From NCBI GenBank assembly GCA_033442325.1, contig JAWQFM010000036.1:537817-601816 (forward strand): 64,000 bases of DNA, in the 5' to 3' direction. Positions 34,478 to 57,966 of this stretch are shown in pieces. This DNA comes from Salpingoeca rosetta. Taxonomy: Eukaryota > Protista > Choanoflagellata. The notes under the pieces were generated by a model. The model saw only the letters and a list, made by a program, of their open reading frames with translations, had not been told where the DNA came from and searched no databases. The position numbers were made by a program, and so were the translations under genes. Positions within the stretch are counted from its first letter, which is position 1. Each line of letters opens with the position of its first letter.

Positions 34478-34832
34478 TTGTTGTTGTTGCTCGGGTGTTG
34501 AGGAATAGGCGTGATTGCAATGTAACTACAAGCATCACTTTTGTTCCCCCCGTTTCATCTTTAACAAACCCACCGCTTGTTCTCACATGTGTACACGTGT
34601 CGGGTCAACAGGAGTTGCTTGCGGGCAAGAACTGCCTCATGTTCACCACAGGCGTCACAAACTCAGGCAAGACGTACACCATCCAGGTTAGTTTGCAAAG
34701 AGTACGTTGATGTGTTGGGGTAAGGTGGGTCAAGGCGTGGGCAACGAAGAACCCCCATGCATAGATTGCTGGCAAACAAACGTTCTTGTCAACCGAAAGA
34801 CTACCACCTCTTCACACATACACCACACCACA

Positions 34833-34886
<54 letters not shown>

Positions 34887-35222
34887 CCAGGGCACGCCGG
34901 ATGAGCCGGGCATTTTGCCGCGCGCGGTGGATGTCATCTTCAACAGCATTGAGCCGCATCTCGGTGTCCTCGAGAACGTGAGCTGGAGTTTGATGGGTGT
35001 TTGGCAGTCGCTGTGGAGGTTTGAGGTCGTGATTTTGTTTTTTTGTTTTGTTTTGTTTTTTTTTTTTTTTGGGGGGGGGGGTATGTCAGCGAAGAGGGTG
35101 AGGAGATGGGTGAGGAATGCAAAGTGTGTGTACACGTACACCTGCAGGTGCTGTCACGCCGTCTTGATGACATGTCGACGCACGTGTACAAACGCGACTG
35201 ACTGTGGCGTTCACATTGCTTG

Positions 35223-35253
<31 letters not shown>

Positions 35254-37041
35254 TGTGTGCAGTTGCGTCCAACGCGCTTTTGCGAGGTGAAGAGGATCAC
35301 AGCGAGCGAAGTTGATTCGTTGGCGCAGCAGAAACGCGACTGCCTCGAACTCTCCTTCAACGTAATGATCTGATGATCGTGATGCTGATGGTGGCGGTGG
35401 TGGCTGTTGAAGGATTTGTAGTGTCGTGCGCGTGCGGATGTGGCGGCTGTTGTGTTGTGAAGTTTGGCACGTTGCGGTGGAAGCTTTTCATGATTCGTTG
35501 TGTGCTCGCTTTCGCAATCCTCACTGTGGCGTGCTTGTGTTGCCTGCATGCACGCGTGCAACATTTTATTTTTGTTCGTCCACGTTTTTTGCAATGTCAA
35601 GTCTGATGCCCTGCACGCGACGGCGCTGGCGAACGAAGATGGCGACAACGACAGCAGCGCCACGGCAACAGACACGTCTGCCACATCGGCTGATTCGTCC
35701 GTGGTGAGCACGATGATTCGATGCGTGGTGGTTGTGATCCTGAAAGCGGGTTGTTGTGGTTCAGTGGTGTTCGTGTAACAAGCTTTCGTATGCCTCAGCA
35801 CTTACTCGCTGTTTATTTGCACAAACACGCACTCACCTCATGTGTCATCATCACCACCACAATCACCGCGACCAATCATCATCATCATCATCAACAACAA
35901 CAACAACACCAACGCCCCACGTGTTGTAACCAGGACACCGCTGCCTCTGCGTCGTTTGAGGAGGATGCCGAGTTTGAGCGGATGGTAAAGGACCGCGTTG
36001 CGGAGAGCACGTGCCTCAACGTCGACCCAGACTGCAAGGTGGTGGAGGCGATGGTAGGGGAGGGGATGGCTGTTGGATGGTGGTGGTCACACCTTTCATC
36101 ATTTTGGGCCGTGCGAATGACCAAGATACGGCTGCGCTGAACATTGTGCGGTCACGCCCGTTGCATAACACCACCACCTCACCCTCGCTTGTGACTGTCT
36201 GTGTTTGCACATGTGCCAGTACTCTGTGTTTGTGACGTACATTGAGGTGTACAACGAGCGCATTTATGATCTCCTCGAACCGCCGCCAGGGAAAAAGGGT
36301 GCGCTGGCCTGCTTGGATGACATCTGTTCGTGTGTGTTTGTGTGTGTGTTGGGGGTGTTTCGTTGGACCTTGTGCAAAGTCATGGTGATACTTCGCTTGT
36401 ACGTGTGGCTGGGGACTGCGGTTAACGCCGTCATGTTGGGTGTGTACCTGTTCACCTTGACATCACGTCACGCGTGCTTACACTTGTTTGTGTGTGCGAT
36501 CACAGAGAAGCGACGCGTGTCGAAGCGCCTTCGTCTCGACAAAAACAAGAACATCTACGTCGAAGGTGTGTGTACGTGTGTGTGTGTGTGCGCGCGTGTG
36601 TGTTTGCGCTTGTAGCATGTGTGTGTGCGTGTGGTGTGTTGCGGGAAGTGTCATTGCTGGTGCTTTTTTTTTTTTTTTTTTCAATGAGCTGCAATCCTCC
36701 CTGTGAACCACCACCTCACACCGCGCTGCTCCCGACCACCAACACCACCACTGCCACTACGACTACTGCTCTAGGTCTGCGTGAGATCCAGGTTGAGACG
36801 GTGGACGAGGCATTTCGCGTGCTCGGTGTTGGTCGGCGCAACCGCCGCGTCGCCGCCAACAACCTCAACATCAACTCCTCGCGCAGGTGACCACGATGGT
36901 GGTGGTGGTGGTGATGATGATGATGATGATGATGGAGGCGTGGTGGTAGCGGTGTGTTGACTTCTGCTGTAGTGCGCTTGCCACTGCTTGCACAACTGTG
37001 CTGGGTTATCTGCCACATCTCACGCAAGCGCAACTTCACAT

Positions 37042-37090
<49 letters not shown>

Positions 37091-37574
37091 CTGCAGCCAT
37101 TGCATCTTCACGCTGAAGATTGTTCGCTTCCCCAATGTGCCCCAGCCACACTACGCTCACGTCAGGTGAGTCTGCATGACTGTTGTGGTTGCTGTGTTGT
37201 GCTTGAGGTGCGCGCTTGCATAACATATGTGCTTTGTGATTGATTCCAATGAACACGCGCGCACACCCTCACATCACATCCACACATCACATCACGTGTC
37301 ATCACACAACTGCGACGCAGCCAATTGTCGCTGGTTGATCTTGCGGGGAGCGAGCGGAACGTGAACACACGCGCACGCGGCATGAAGTTGAAGGAGGCGG
37401 CAAACATCAACAAGTCCATCATGACCCTCGGGCAGTGCATTGAGATTCTCAGGCACAACCAGGCCACAAAGTGCGTTGTGGGATGTGATATGGTGGTGGT
37501 GGTCTTGCTGTTGTTGTTGTTGGTGGTGGTGGTGGTGTGTGGTTTGGGCATGGTGGCACCTACATGTGTGACTG

Positions 37575-37617
<43 letters not shown>

Positions 37618-38738
37618 GCGCGCGCATCTGTGCCTGTTTGGTCGCTTGCTCATTCACACGCTGGCACACGCGCTCACATGTAAACGAACACACGCGCACT
37701 TGTCTGCACTGCTGCTGCGCAGAGATGACCGCCGCGTTCCGTTTCGGGATTCAAAACTGACGCGGCTGTTCCAGTCGTATCTGCTCGGCATGGTGTGTTT
37801 GTGGTTGATGTGATTGCGTTGGTTGGTTATTGTGACGTATGTTGAGTGCGCGCCTGTGACACGTTTGTGAGTGCATTCAGGGCGCATTGGTTGAGCTTGT
37901 GCTTCATCCCCTCGTGAACCCCCCCCCCCCACAACCACCACCACCACCACCACCACCTCATCATCATCGCTACCGTCGCGGCCATCCTTGCAGGGGTCTG
38001 TGCGCATGGTGGTGAACATCAGTGCGTGCGCCACCGCCTACGACGAGACCCTGCACGTCCTCAAATTCAGCGCCGTCGCACGCAAGGTCGGATGGGAAAG
38101 GCAAGATGGGAATGGTCTTCATGGCTTGCTGCTGCTGCTGCTGTCGTTGTTGCTGCTGTTGTTGTTAGGGTTGTTGTACGACTCCCTTTTCGCTGTTCTC
38201 GCTTCCCTTGCTGGTCGTCACTTTGCCCCTCTTTCTTCCTCAAACAAGCTATTACCCCACTATTGCGTGCATGTGCGTGTGCCCACCACAGATTACGCAA
38301 CCGCCCATCACGTCCAAGATTGACACGGGTCTCTCCACCCAGTCCACGGCACTGCCCTCCGCCAACACAACGCGCCAGACATCGTGAGTTCTTCCTCGCA
38401 CGTGCACGTTGCGCATTGTGGGCGCATGTGTGCGTGTGCATGTGCGTGATGCCCTCATAAGTGGGTCTGCGCGCCTTGTCATGCCTTTGTTCCTTCCATT
38501 GTCCTCATCGATTCGACCACTCAACTCAGTACCACCCTCCACATCCCCTCTCAGCGCCAACACCACCCGCGGCTCTGCCAACACCACGACGGCGGCGACG
38601 GCGAATGTGTCCCGCGCATCTGATGTTGCGCACATCCAGGCACTGCAGAAGCGTGAGTTTTGTGGTGGGGTCGTGGTAATTGTTTGCTGCTGTTGTTCTT
38701 GCTCTTTGCTCGTGCTCCTGTTGTTGTTGTTGCTGTCG

Positions 38739-38779
<41 letters not shown>

Positions 38780-40270
38780 ATTGCTTGAGTTGCCGTGTTC
38801 ACCGTCGCGCCTCTACACGCTTGCATACCGGTGCACCCTTACCTCCAACCATCTCACCTCCCATACATACATGCGTGTGATCCTTGCTCTGTTCTCGTGC
38901 CTCATTTGTCGCCACCACTGTTGTCGGCACCAGAGCTGGATGTGGTGCGAAACCACAATGACACGCTGCAAGATCAAGTCTTTGAACTGCAAAAGGAGCT
39001 CGAACGCGCCAAAACGTGCGGTGAAACTTGCATATGCGCGCGCGCGTGTGTGTGTGTGTGTGTTTCCGTGCATGTGCGCAAGCGTGTCATATCTGATCTT
39101 GCTTCTCATGTGCGCCAATTCACCACGTGCTCGCTGCCACCACTGCCACCATACAGCGCCCAAGAGGATATGGAGCTGCGCATTCGTGAGGAGATTGCAG
39201 CCGAGCTCTCAGACCAATTTGTTGAGGTGAACACAAGTGACAGCAATGGGCAGCAGCAGCAGCAGGCTGCTGCTGCTGCTTTGATTGGTTTTGCCGTCTC
39301 TGTGTGTGTGTGTGTGTGTGTGTGTTGCGTGTGACGGCACACCAATGCCCCTTTGCTGTATGCTGCACCACCACTGCCCATGACCATCATCATCATTGTC
39401 GTTGCTCGACAGGTTGAGGAGACGTACGAGCAGATTTTCCGCCAGCAGGATGACATTGCCGAGGAAACGTGAGATACAGCAAAACCCAAAGCATGTTTGG
39501 CGGCGTACTGTTGCTGCTGGTGCTCTTCTTGTGCCTGTTGTTGTTCTGGCGTACGCCAGTCATGTCGCCAGCAATACCTGGGTTGCTTCGCATTGTCGCG
39601 CCCTTGACCGCCCCCCCCCCCTCTACACTCACATGCACACTATCTCGCTCTCGTACATTGTGATCTCTGCGCTCAGCCGCGAGAAGCAGCTTGCTGTTGT
39701 GACGCAGAGCGTTGCTCGCCATGCAACACGCTCCCGTCTCGCCAGTTGCGACGACGGCAACGGTGCACAGCAGCGCAACAAACGCAGCAAGCGCGGTGGC
39801 GGCCGTGCCTGCAAGCACGACGACGCATTTGCAGAGGAGGACGAGAGCGAGGCGATGATGGATGATAGCGACAGTGCCTCCTCACAGCCTCAGCAACACT
39901 TGGTGAGTGGGGCTGAGATGTCGGCGATGAGGGAGCGCGTGCACCATCTTGAGTCCCAACTCCGCACGGCGCAGCAGGACGCAGACGCCGCCAAGCAGGC
40001 CATCAAGGTGCGACGGTTTGAATGCAGTGTACATGTTTTCGTGCGTGTGTTGTGTGCTTTGTCTGTGTGTGCAGCCCTGGTTGTGGATCTCAGTAGCTCT
40101 CGATCATTTCCGGTTTGTCTCTCTCACATATTCACGCACGTGCGTGTGCTTTCACACATGTACAGGCGCGCACAAGCGAGTTTTCGACAAAAGAGGCGGA
40201 ATACGAATCCGTCATCTCCGATCTCAAGGAGCGGCTGGACGAGCTGCAGGTGTGTGCACATGCGTGACCG

Positions 40271-40301
<31 letters not shown>

Positions 40302-40305
40302 TTCG

Positions 40306-40339
<34 letters not shown>

Positions 40340-41410
40340 TCGTGTACGTGTGTGTGTGTGTGTGTTCTATGCGTGTGTTTACGTGTGTGTGTGTGTGTGT
40401 GTTAATGTTTACTTGATGCGTGTGTTCACGTGACCGTGTGTGCACTACGGTGCCGCTGCGCGCTCTTTGTTCTCACAACAACATGCGCGTGCGTGCGTGA
40501 ATATGTGGGTGTGTGCGTGTGACAGGCGGAGCATTCGCAGTTGATGGACACAACCGTCCCGCTCGAGACATTTGATGCAGAGACCAAGGTGTGCTGCATG
40601 TGTTGGTGAGCGTGTGTCACCAAATGTGACCCTCTTTGAGGCACATTGCACTCCGCTTGCTTTGCCGTTTGCTGCTTCTCACAAACACATTGTTCGTTAC
40701 ATGCGCGGTTCGCTTACACCACGACCACCACTGCAACCGTCAACAGCGCATGGAGGACCAGGCCAACGAGTACCTGGAGAAACTTCACGAGATGGAGGAG
40801 AGGCTGGAAGAGCTCCAAACATCGTCGTACGGTGCGCAGCATGTGTGTAGGGGGCGTCGGGGTGTTTGTACCTTGGAAGATCAATTACGGTTCGCTTGTG
40901 ATATCGCTGCTCGTGGATGGTTTCATTGCTCGTTGTCCTCACACTTCAATTCACCCACCCACTCCCTCGTGGTTCATCACAACTGATACCATCATCACTG
41001 CAACCACCCACCAACATCATCACCGTCGTCACCGACTGGACAGAGACTGCGCGCACGCTCGGGGAAGCAATTGAAACCCAGGAGCGCCACATCTCCGACC
41101 TGAAGGAGCAGCTGGAGAAGGTGACATGGAGTGGGCTGCAGACAGTGTGGCGTGGCGTGATGTGATGTGTCGCGTTGAAGGTTGATTGTGCGTCCTCACA
41201 TGCCGTTGGGGTTTCTGTGTGTGCGTTTGCGAATCGAAGGTGACGGAAGCGAAGCAGGAGGAAGCGGAGCGCCTGGAGGCAACAATTTCGACACTGCGCG
41301 ATGAGGTGAGAGCATGCAATGCTTGCTGGGGCTGAAGGGTGGATGGGTGTGTGCCGCACAGCGCGCATATGCAACACGGTGTGTGTGTGTGCGTGGGTGC
41401 GTGTGTGTGG

Positions 41411-41452
<42 letters not shown>

Positions 41453-42843
41453 ACGTGCTGACGATCGTTGCCAAATGCGATGATGGTTGACAGCTGCAGC
41501 GGTTGAAGGACGACGGGTGCGGTCCCGACGAGCACACGGCGCAGGAGATTGAGCGATTCAAGATGTAAGAATGCGCACGTGGATTGTTTTTTAATGTATG
41601 CACATGTGTCTGGGTACGTGAACACCAGATGTATCTTGCCAATTGCATGCTGCATCCATAACCGCCAGCCATGCTGTTGTTGTATTCGTGTATTTATTCC
41701 TTGCGCCTGCACCATCATGCTGCATGCTCATCGTGGCTGCTCCACGCTATCACACCAGGCAAGTTGCCCATCTGAAGAACAAGAAGAAGGTGTTGGAGGA
41801 GAAGACCAACGATCTCCGCGCTGAGCTCGAGCACGTCAAGGTGAGCACTGAGAGTGGCGCTGTGCGTCCGTGCATGTCTCGGTTATTTGTATGAGCTTGC
41901 TGACACACGACACGCACACACGCACTCGCACTCCCTCGATCACACACGCTCACACCGCAGGGTGAGAACGACCGGCTGAAGGCGCAGCTGGCGGATATGG
42001 TCTCCGAGCAGCTGGACCAGGAGATGCTCGCATACTCGTGAGTCCACCCTGATTCGTGGTGTCGTTGTTGTGTGATATGACACGGTGTGCGTGTGTGCTT
42101 GTGTGTGTGTGTGTGTGTGTGCTTGTGTTGCGTCAGTTGTGACAGTTGTGCAAGCTCCGCTCACCATCGGTGTGCATTGTGCATTCCAGGACTGCGACGG
42201 GTGCGTCAAGCACGATGATGACGGCAACAGACACCGACACGACAACAGCCACAACGACGACGACGACGACGACGGATGCTGTTGAGTCCAGCACAGATGA
42301 GACCATTCGCTCCAGCGGCAATGAACTCGAGCAGAAAGACCGTGACGAAGATAACGGCACCATCGTCAACGGTGATGATGATGAGGAGGAGGAGAAGCCG
42401 GTGACACGCAAGCGGGCGAAGCGTGTGCAATCGAAGCGCAACACGCGAAAGGGATCACGAGCAACACGTGCCACCACCAGGCGCAACCAGTCGTCATCAT
42501 CGTCGTCGTGGTCGGAAGAGGAGTCTGAGATGGACAACGGGAAAGACACGACCTTGACAAACGACGACAGCACGGCGAGTGCAACAACAAGTGGTGCCGA
42601 CACGAGCAAGGTGGGGGATGCCGCTGTAACGCACGCCAAGTCCAGTCGCACACGCACGCGCGTCGCCACGAAGAAGACCAGACGCAGCGTTTCCGTCGAC
42701 ACCTCGGGTGAGCCAAACGGGGGGGGGGGGTTGTGGCTGTGTGAGTGGGGCGTGGGTGGTGTTGAGGCAGTTGTTTGGTCGAGCTAACAACAAACTAGCA
42801 CCCACAACGTATTCGCTCACACACACACACTCACACACTCACA

Positions 42844-42886
<43 letters not shown>

Positions 42887-43956
42887 ACTTTCTTGCAGTT
42901 GGTGATGAGAACGCTGCTGGTCCTCGCACGCGGCGTGCGGCGGCGAGGGAGAGGCGGCAGCGGCAGCGCAAGTCCATGACGAAACCGCAGTCGCGTGCTG
43001 TTCTCAGCGCCATCAACAACGCAACGCCCGCAGAGAAGGGCACCGTGGCTCGCGTGAACACTGCGGCAGCTGCTGCTTCGAGCATGAAACAGTCTGTCAT
43101 GAACACGATTCTGAGCCAGGCGGAGAGCCCAAGTGCTGACAAGTGCATCAGCAGTGAGGATTCTGTTGTGCTCACGCCCAAGCGCACGCTTGGGTTAGTA
43201 TCTTGTTGATTGTTGTTGTTGTTGTTTGTTGCCGAGATGGTGGTGTTTGTTGTTGCTTTCTGCGGTGGTGGTGTTGCGTGGTTGTGATGCTTTCGCTGCC
43301 ATGGATGCTGCTCTGTCTTGCCTGTGCCGTGGACTCACAACCTATTGCGCACACACGTTTGCATGCTGCAACCGCAATGTTGTTTGTCACCGCCCAGCAA
43401 CAACGATACGTCCGCTTATGAGGGCGACAGCTTTGACAGCGCCGACACCATTGTACGAAGCGATGTGCTTGTGATTGTGCACGGGATCGACCGAGGCATT
43501 GAGCGAATCGTTCATGCTCTGTGTTGTATGTGAGTCAGTCTGTATCTGTCCATCTCCAACCATCACTACTTCCTCACGTGCGGCATGCGTGTTGTCTGAC
43601 GCGTTTACAGGACATGGAGACGTTTGAGCGCGAAGTTCACGAGATGACAGAGGCGGCGAGCAAGATGGCGCACAAGAAAACGCCAGAGAACAAGTGCGTC
43701 ACTCGTGTTTAAAAAACAGCTTTCGCTGCTGCTGTTGTTGTTGTTGTTGTTGTGGTTTGCGTTCAACTTATCCGCTTGCTCGCCATTGGCCGTCATATCG
43801 TGTCATGCGCTCTTCAACAGGTCTGCGCCTGCCCAGCACCGCCTTGAGAAATCGCTGCTTGAACCGCTCTCGTCCAAGAAGAAGCGCCAGTCCAAACGCC
43901 GCAAGCTCGGCGCAAAGACGACCACCACCGTCTCGCCCGTCGCAGAGCCCCAACAG

Positions 43957-44026
<70 letters not shown>

Positions 44027-44264
44027 ACGCGAGTGAGTGAGTGCACCATGTGCGTTTGTATTTGCGTTTGTATGTGCACGCAAGTGTGTGCACCATGTGC
44101 GTTTGTATGTGCGCACGTCTCACTCCACAATCTGTTGCCATGTTCTGCTCTGCACTGCGCACCACCAACGTGATCAGACAAAGTCTGGAAGTGCGATGGG
44201 TCGTCTGCTCACGCCGATTGCGCGCCGCCTGCGCCCACGTCGCAACAAGCGCGTCGCTGCATGA
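32955..44264 (+). CDS. KIF20: Kinesin-6 family motor (KIF20A/B, MKLP2-like), about 30 exons
   Basis: [11 protein letters not shown]-loop [16 protein letters not shown], long loop-6 insertion, [78 protein letters not shown], coiled-coil exons, and basic C-terminus [17 protein letters not shown]. Confidence 0.92.
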
Positions 44265-44430
44265 TGATTGCATGGCATTGTCATCTGCATGGGTTGATGT
44301 TGTGCGCATGTCTACGTTGCCACCAGAAAACCATTGTGTTGTGTTCATGAGGTCATGGCGTGTTGTGTGGAAGTTGTGGCTGACTGCAGGCTTTGGACTG
44401 ATGATGCTGTAAGGAGTTGGGTCCATGTGC

Positions 44431-44467
<37 letters not shown>

Positions 44468-44714
44468 GATCTACTTCTTGTTGATGTTGTTGCTGTGGTT
44501 GTTGTACCCACGACAGATGTCACTTGTTGATGTCAGACACGGAGCACAGTCGCTCAATAAAACTCAAAATGTTGTGTTGTGATGCGATGATAGGGAACGA
44601 AAGGCAGACAGCAGGCATATGAGGGGTAACTGAAAAACATCCTAACGTGAAGTTTGCGTGGCGGTTGTGGAAAACGAAAAACGTTCAACGGAGGACAAGG
44701 GTGGTGCATTGCAT

Positions 44715-44816
<102 letters not shown>

Positions 44817-44824
44817 CCCTCCCT

Positions 44825-53667
<8,843 letters not shown>

Positions 53668-53735
53668 GTTTGTTGTTGAAGGTCGGGAACATGCTCGTGT
53701 TGGCCATAACCGTGGTGTTCATGGTTGGTTGGCTG

Positions 53736-53770
<35 letters not shown>

Positions 53771-54823
53771 TGTATGTGTGTGTGTCTCTGTGTGTTTGTG
53801 TGTTGTACTGGTTCTGCCCTGTGTGAGCAGGCGGATGGTGTTTTGAGGTCGTGTGCGACTGTGGGAAAATGGTCTGGAAAGAAAAGAAGCAGAGGTGCGT
53901 GGAAAGACTTGGCTGCTTGAAAAGGGGAGCTGCCTGGGCTGGGCTGCGTTGGGTCGGACGCTATGACGTCGATCGATACGCTGGCCTGCTTGTCGATGGC
54001 AAGGGTGCTCGAGAAGGAAACGAGGGGAGGACTGGCGAACGGAGAAGAGAATGAGAGAAAGAAAGCACAAACGTCACACCCGAGCTGTGCCAGCCAGGTG
54101 CAAGAGAAAGCACACGTCTACACAGTCCTACAGCGACACCACTAGACCACTCCTCCGTCTCCGACGCAGTGATTCCCAAAGAGAAAAACCAAAGACCACA
54201 CGCAAGGACACAACACGACACACGCCCCCCCCCCCCCCACCTCAACGCCAATGTCCAGCATGTCCAAAGACCGAGAGAGAAGCCTTTCGTGCAAACTTCG
54301 AGGGATGTCCTTCCTCCCGCCTTCCTCATCTTGGTTTCTGTGCCTGCCGCTAGCCTGCTTGTGGCGCTGAAGCTCCACCGCGCGAAAGGCGAGGCGGAAG
54401 TCGGTCGACCACGCACTTTCCCAGCCAGCGCGCCAAGAAGGACCCGTTCTGGAAGTGGCGCGTCTCAGTCGCCACCCAAAGGTTAGAAGGTTTGTTGTGT
54501 GTCTTTGTTTGCGGTGTCGAAGCGAAACGCTGAACCACACTGCCCAGAACGCACGCCAGGCTTCTCGCTGCTGCGTTGGGTGCCCCGCCCACCAACAGGC
54601 CAACTGACTTGGGCCCGTCCCATTGGGTTGCGGTGGAGTGCAATTGGGAGAAATTGGGGCGTGGCTGCAGGGTTCATTTCTCAGCTGTTGCGCCTGTTGT
54701 CAGTGTTCTCCTCTCTCCTCTCCTCCCAGCCCCTCCCCCCAAAGCAGCGCCACCGCAAGCTTGTGCGTTTCTCCGCACGTCTGCCTTCAATTTCAGTTCT
54801 TCTGTTACAAGAACAGAGCCACG

Positions 54824-55211
54824 ATGGCCGACGAGCACCGCCTGACAGACGGCGTGTCTGTGGAGGCGATCAAGACCTTTTTCGCAGACCTGAAGAAGGA
54901 GTTCCCCGACACGTACACTGAGATGACCACGGAGGATGCCTGCAAGCAACTGGTTGTGCCACGCACACGCCAGGACAACTGCGCCTACGTCGAGCAGCTG
55001 CGCAAGCAGTCGCCAGAACACGTGAACAAGGCCACCGTCTTTGTGTCGCACGCATGGCGGTACAAGATCGCAGACGTGCTCAACGTCTTGCTGGAGTTTG
55101 CAGAGGAGCAAGCAAGCAAGGAAGACAGCCAGCCAGTCTTCTTCTGGTTTGACCTCTTCATGAACAACCAAAACGCCAACGTCACGGCCAACCTCCCACA
55201 AGAGTGGTGCG

Positions 55212-55291
<80 letters not shown>

Positions 55292-57661
55292 CTTGTGCTC
55301 TTCAACAACTACTGCCACCCACACACACACGCACACAGACACACGCACACACTGTTCCCTCACAACAGCACAACAACCTCTCTCCTTTCCTCCCCATCTT
55401 GCTCTTCCCTCCACCCTTTCCTCTCCCCCTTTCCCTTGCTCAACACCCGCAGGTGGAGCACGACGTTCAAGAAGTCGATTGCCAACATTGGCCATGTGCT
55501 GCTGGTGCTCATGCCGTGGCGAGACCCTGTTCCCTTGACACGCGCGTGGTGTTTGTGGGAGATCTTCTGTGGCATCAGCAACGAAGGCACAGAGGTCACC
55601 ATCCAACTGCCCAAGAGCGAAGAACAGGCGCTCGAACACACCATCTACAACGACTATAAAGCCGTCACAGACACGCTGGTGCGCGTGCAGGCAGAGCGAG
55701 CCGACGCCTTCAACCCGCACGACAAACACATGATCTTCACGGCGATCGAGTCGTGGGCGGGCGGCTTTGGCGCAGTCAACCAGGCCGTGAAGGACCAGCT
55801 GCGCGCGTGGTGCCTGCAAAAGGCGGTGGGTGCCGTCGAAACAATGCGAGCACGAGGCGAGGACAAAACTGACGCCTTCGCGGGGCTGTGTGGTGCGGTT
55901 GGGTCGGTGCTGAGCGAGTTTGGCGAGCACGACAAGGCAATTGCCTACTACGAGACAGCGCTGGCAGTTTACCTGCGCACCGAAAAGGAGAAAGGAGAGA
56001 ACGTGGCAGTGTCGAACAACAACCTCGGCAACGCCTACTGCAGCAAGGGCGAGTACGACAGAGCGATTGCGTTTTACGAGAAGGACCTCGCCATCACGGT
56101 GGAGACGCTGGGGGAGAAACACCCCAGTACAGCTAGCACGTACAACAACCTCGGCACCGCCTACTACAGCAAGGGCGACTTCGACAAGGCGATCCACTAC
56201 TACAAGAAGGCCCTCGCCATCACGGTGGAGACGCTGGGCGAGAAGCACCCCAGCACAGCCGACTCGTGTGTGGGCCTCGGCATCGCCTACGAGAAGAAGG
56301 GCGAGCTCGACAGGGCGATTGCGTTTTATGAGCAGGCGCTCGCCATCATGGTGGAGGCGTTGGGTGAGAAGCACCCGAACACAGCCGACACCTACAACAA
56401 CATCGGCAGCGTCTACTACAGCAAGGGCGACTACGACAGAGCGATCGAGTGTTTTGACAAGGCGCTCGCCGTCAGGGTGGAGACGCTGGGTGAGAAGCAC
56501 CCGAGCACAGCACAGACGTACAACAACCTCGGCGGCGCCTACCACGACAAAGGCGACTACGACAAGGCAATTGCGTTGTATGAGAAGGCCCTCGCCATTA
56601 CTGTGGAGGCGTTGGGGGAGAAGCACCCGAGCACAGCCACGTCGTACAACAATCTCGGCGGCGCCTACGCCCGCAAGGGCGAATACGACAAGGCCATTGC
56701 GTGTTATGAGAAGGCCCTCGCCATCTACGCGGAGACGCTGGGCGAGAAACACCCAAGCACAGCCGACACGTACAACAACCTCGGCGCCGCCTACGTCGAC
56801 AAGGGCCAGTACGGTAAAGCCATCCACCACTACGAGCAGGCCCTCGCCATCAAGGTGGAGACGCTGGGCGAGAAGCACCCGAGCACGGCCATGACGTACT
56901 TCAACATTGGCCTGCTGCACGACACGCGAGGGGACAAGGAGCAGGCCTGCGCCTATGTCCAGCAGGCACTCGACGTTTTCGCGACCACGCTTGGGCCAGA
57001 CCACCCAAACACCCGCAAGGCGGAGCGCAGCCTGCGGCGCATTTGTGGTGGTGGTGCTGTGAACGCCCAGCATGCATCCACGCAACACGTGTCAGGGTCT
57101 CGACTTCAGCAGCAAAACGTGCTTGCTCATCGCCACCTTCTTCTTCGGTTCATCTCGTCTGCTGTTGTGTACCAGTCGTCTGCTCCACAACGCAACTTGC
57201 TTATGCGGTTTCTCGGTGCACTTGCACAGGTTCACGCTGAGGCAAGACGCCCAGCAAACACAGGCAGCGACGGTGAGGACAAGAAGACAGGGACTGGGCA
57301 CGGCTGTCCTCGTGGCTACTCTGCACCAGCAAGAGCGTTGTACAAGGACGCTTGCAAGTGCCCTGGTGAGCCACTGATCGGCTGGTTGCGGAAGCGTGGG
57401 CGACGGAGGGCCGCCTTTCGCCCGTGCTGGTGCAAGTTTGACGACGACGGCCACCTCGCGTACGGCAAGTGCGCGTCAGGCACGGCCAAGCGACGCATCC
57501 CCCTTTCCAGCGTGCAGTCAGCTGAGCTCGCCCATGGTGGCGAGGAGTTACACGTTGCTGTTCCCGGCCGCACCTTCGTCTTCCGCCTGCACGCGCACTC
57601 TGACACCTCGCTCGCTGACTGGTGCACCGCCATCAACAACCGCATCAACACCACCACTTGA
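54824..57661 (+). CDS. TIR/HET-like N-terminal domain + 42-aa TPR array + C-terminal PH domain
   Basis: ATG 54824, intron 55207-55452. ATVFVSHAWRY...FFWFDLFMNNQN...PWRDPVPLTRAWCLWEIF; about 9 TPR units; PH-like LIGWLRKRG...RPCWCKF...IPLSSV...PGRTFVF...LADWCTAIN. Confidence 0.9.
55900..57030 (+). repeat. Coding tandem repeat, 126-nt / 42-aa kinesin-light-chain-type TPR units (about 9)
   Basis: Seven LGEKHP and one LGPDHP motifs spaced 42 aa apart. Confidence 0.92.
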
Positions 57662-57966
57662 CTGTGTGCTGTGCTGTGTGTGTGTGTGTGTGTGTGTGTG
57701 CGTGCGTGCTTGCTGGTTTGCTGGTTTCTCTCTTTGCTCCTTTGCTCCTTTCTACCTTAACGTGCTTGCTTGCCGCTTGCCTTGCCTTGCTTGACTTTGC
57801 TTTGTTTGTGTGACACTGTAGTAAACTCTTCACGCGATCCAACCGGCTGACAAGCAACGAGCATACAACCTACCACACCACACGTCAACCACACACTGGC
57901 TCTCGTATCCACTTCACCAACCCATCCACGCATCAGCTCCAGGGTGCGGCTGGTGGAAAAGTAGCC

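Noticed and set aside
54623-55452. 1012-aa uninterrupted TPR ORF with N-terminal extension
   Set aside because: It reads through the 5' UTR and a 246-nt stop-free microsatellite intron. The real start is probably 54824.
55900-57030. Regularly spaced repeats as a CRISPR-like array
   Set aside because: They are in-frame coding TPR repeats with no unique spacers, and the context is eukaryotic.
54674-57088. 804-aa antisense ORF (also 44654-45964 + and 709-1140 +)
   Set aside because: In-register antisense shadows of GC3-rich genes, with no protein-like motifs.
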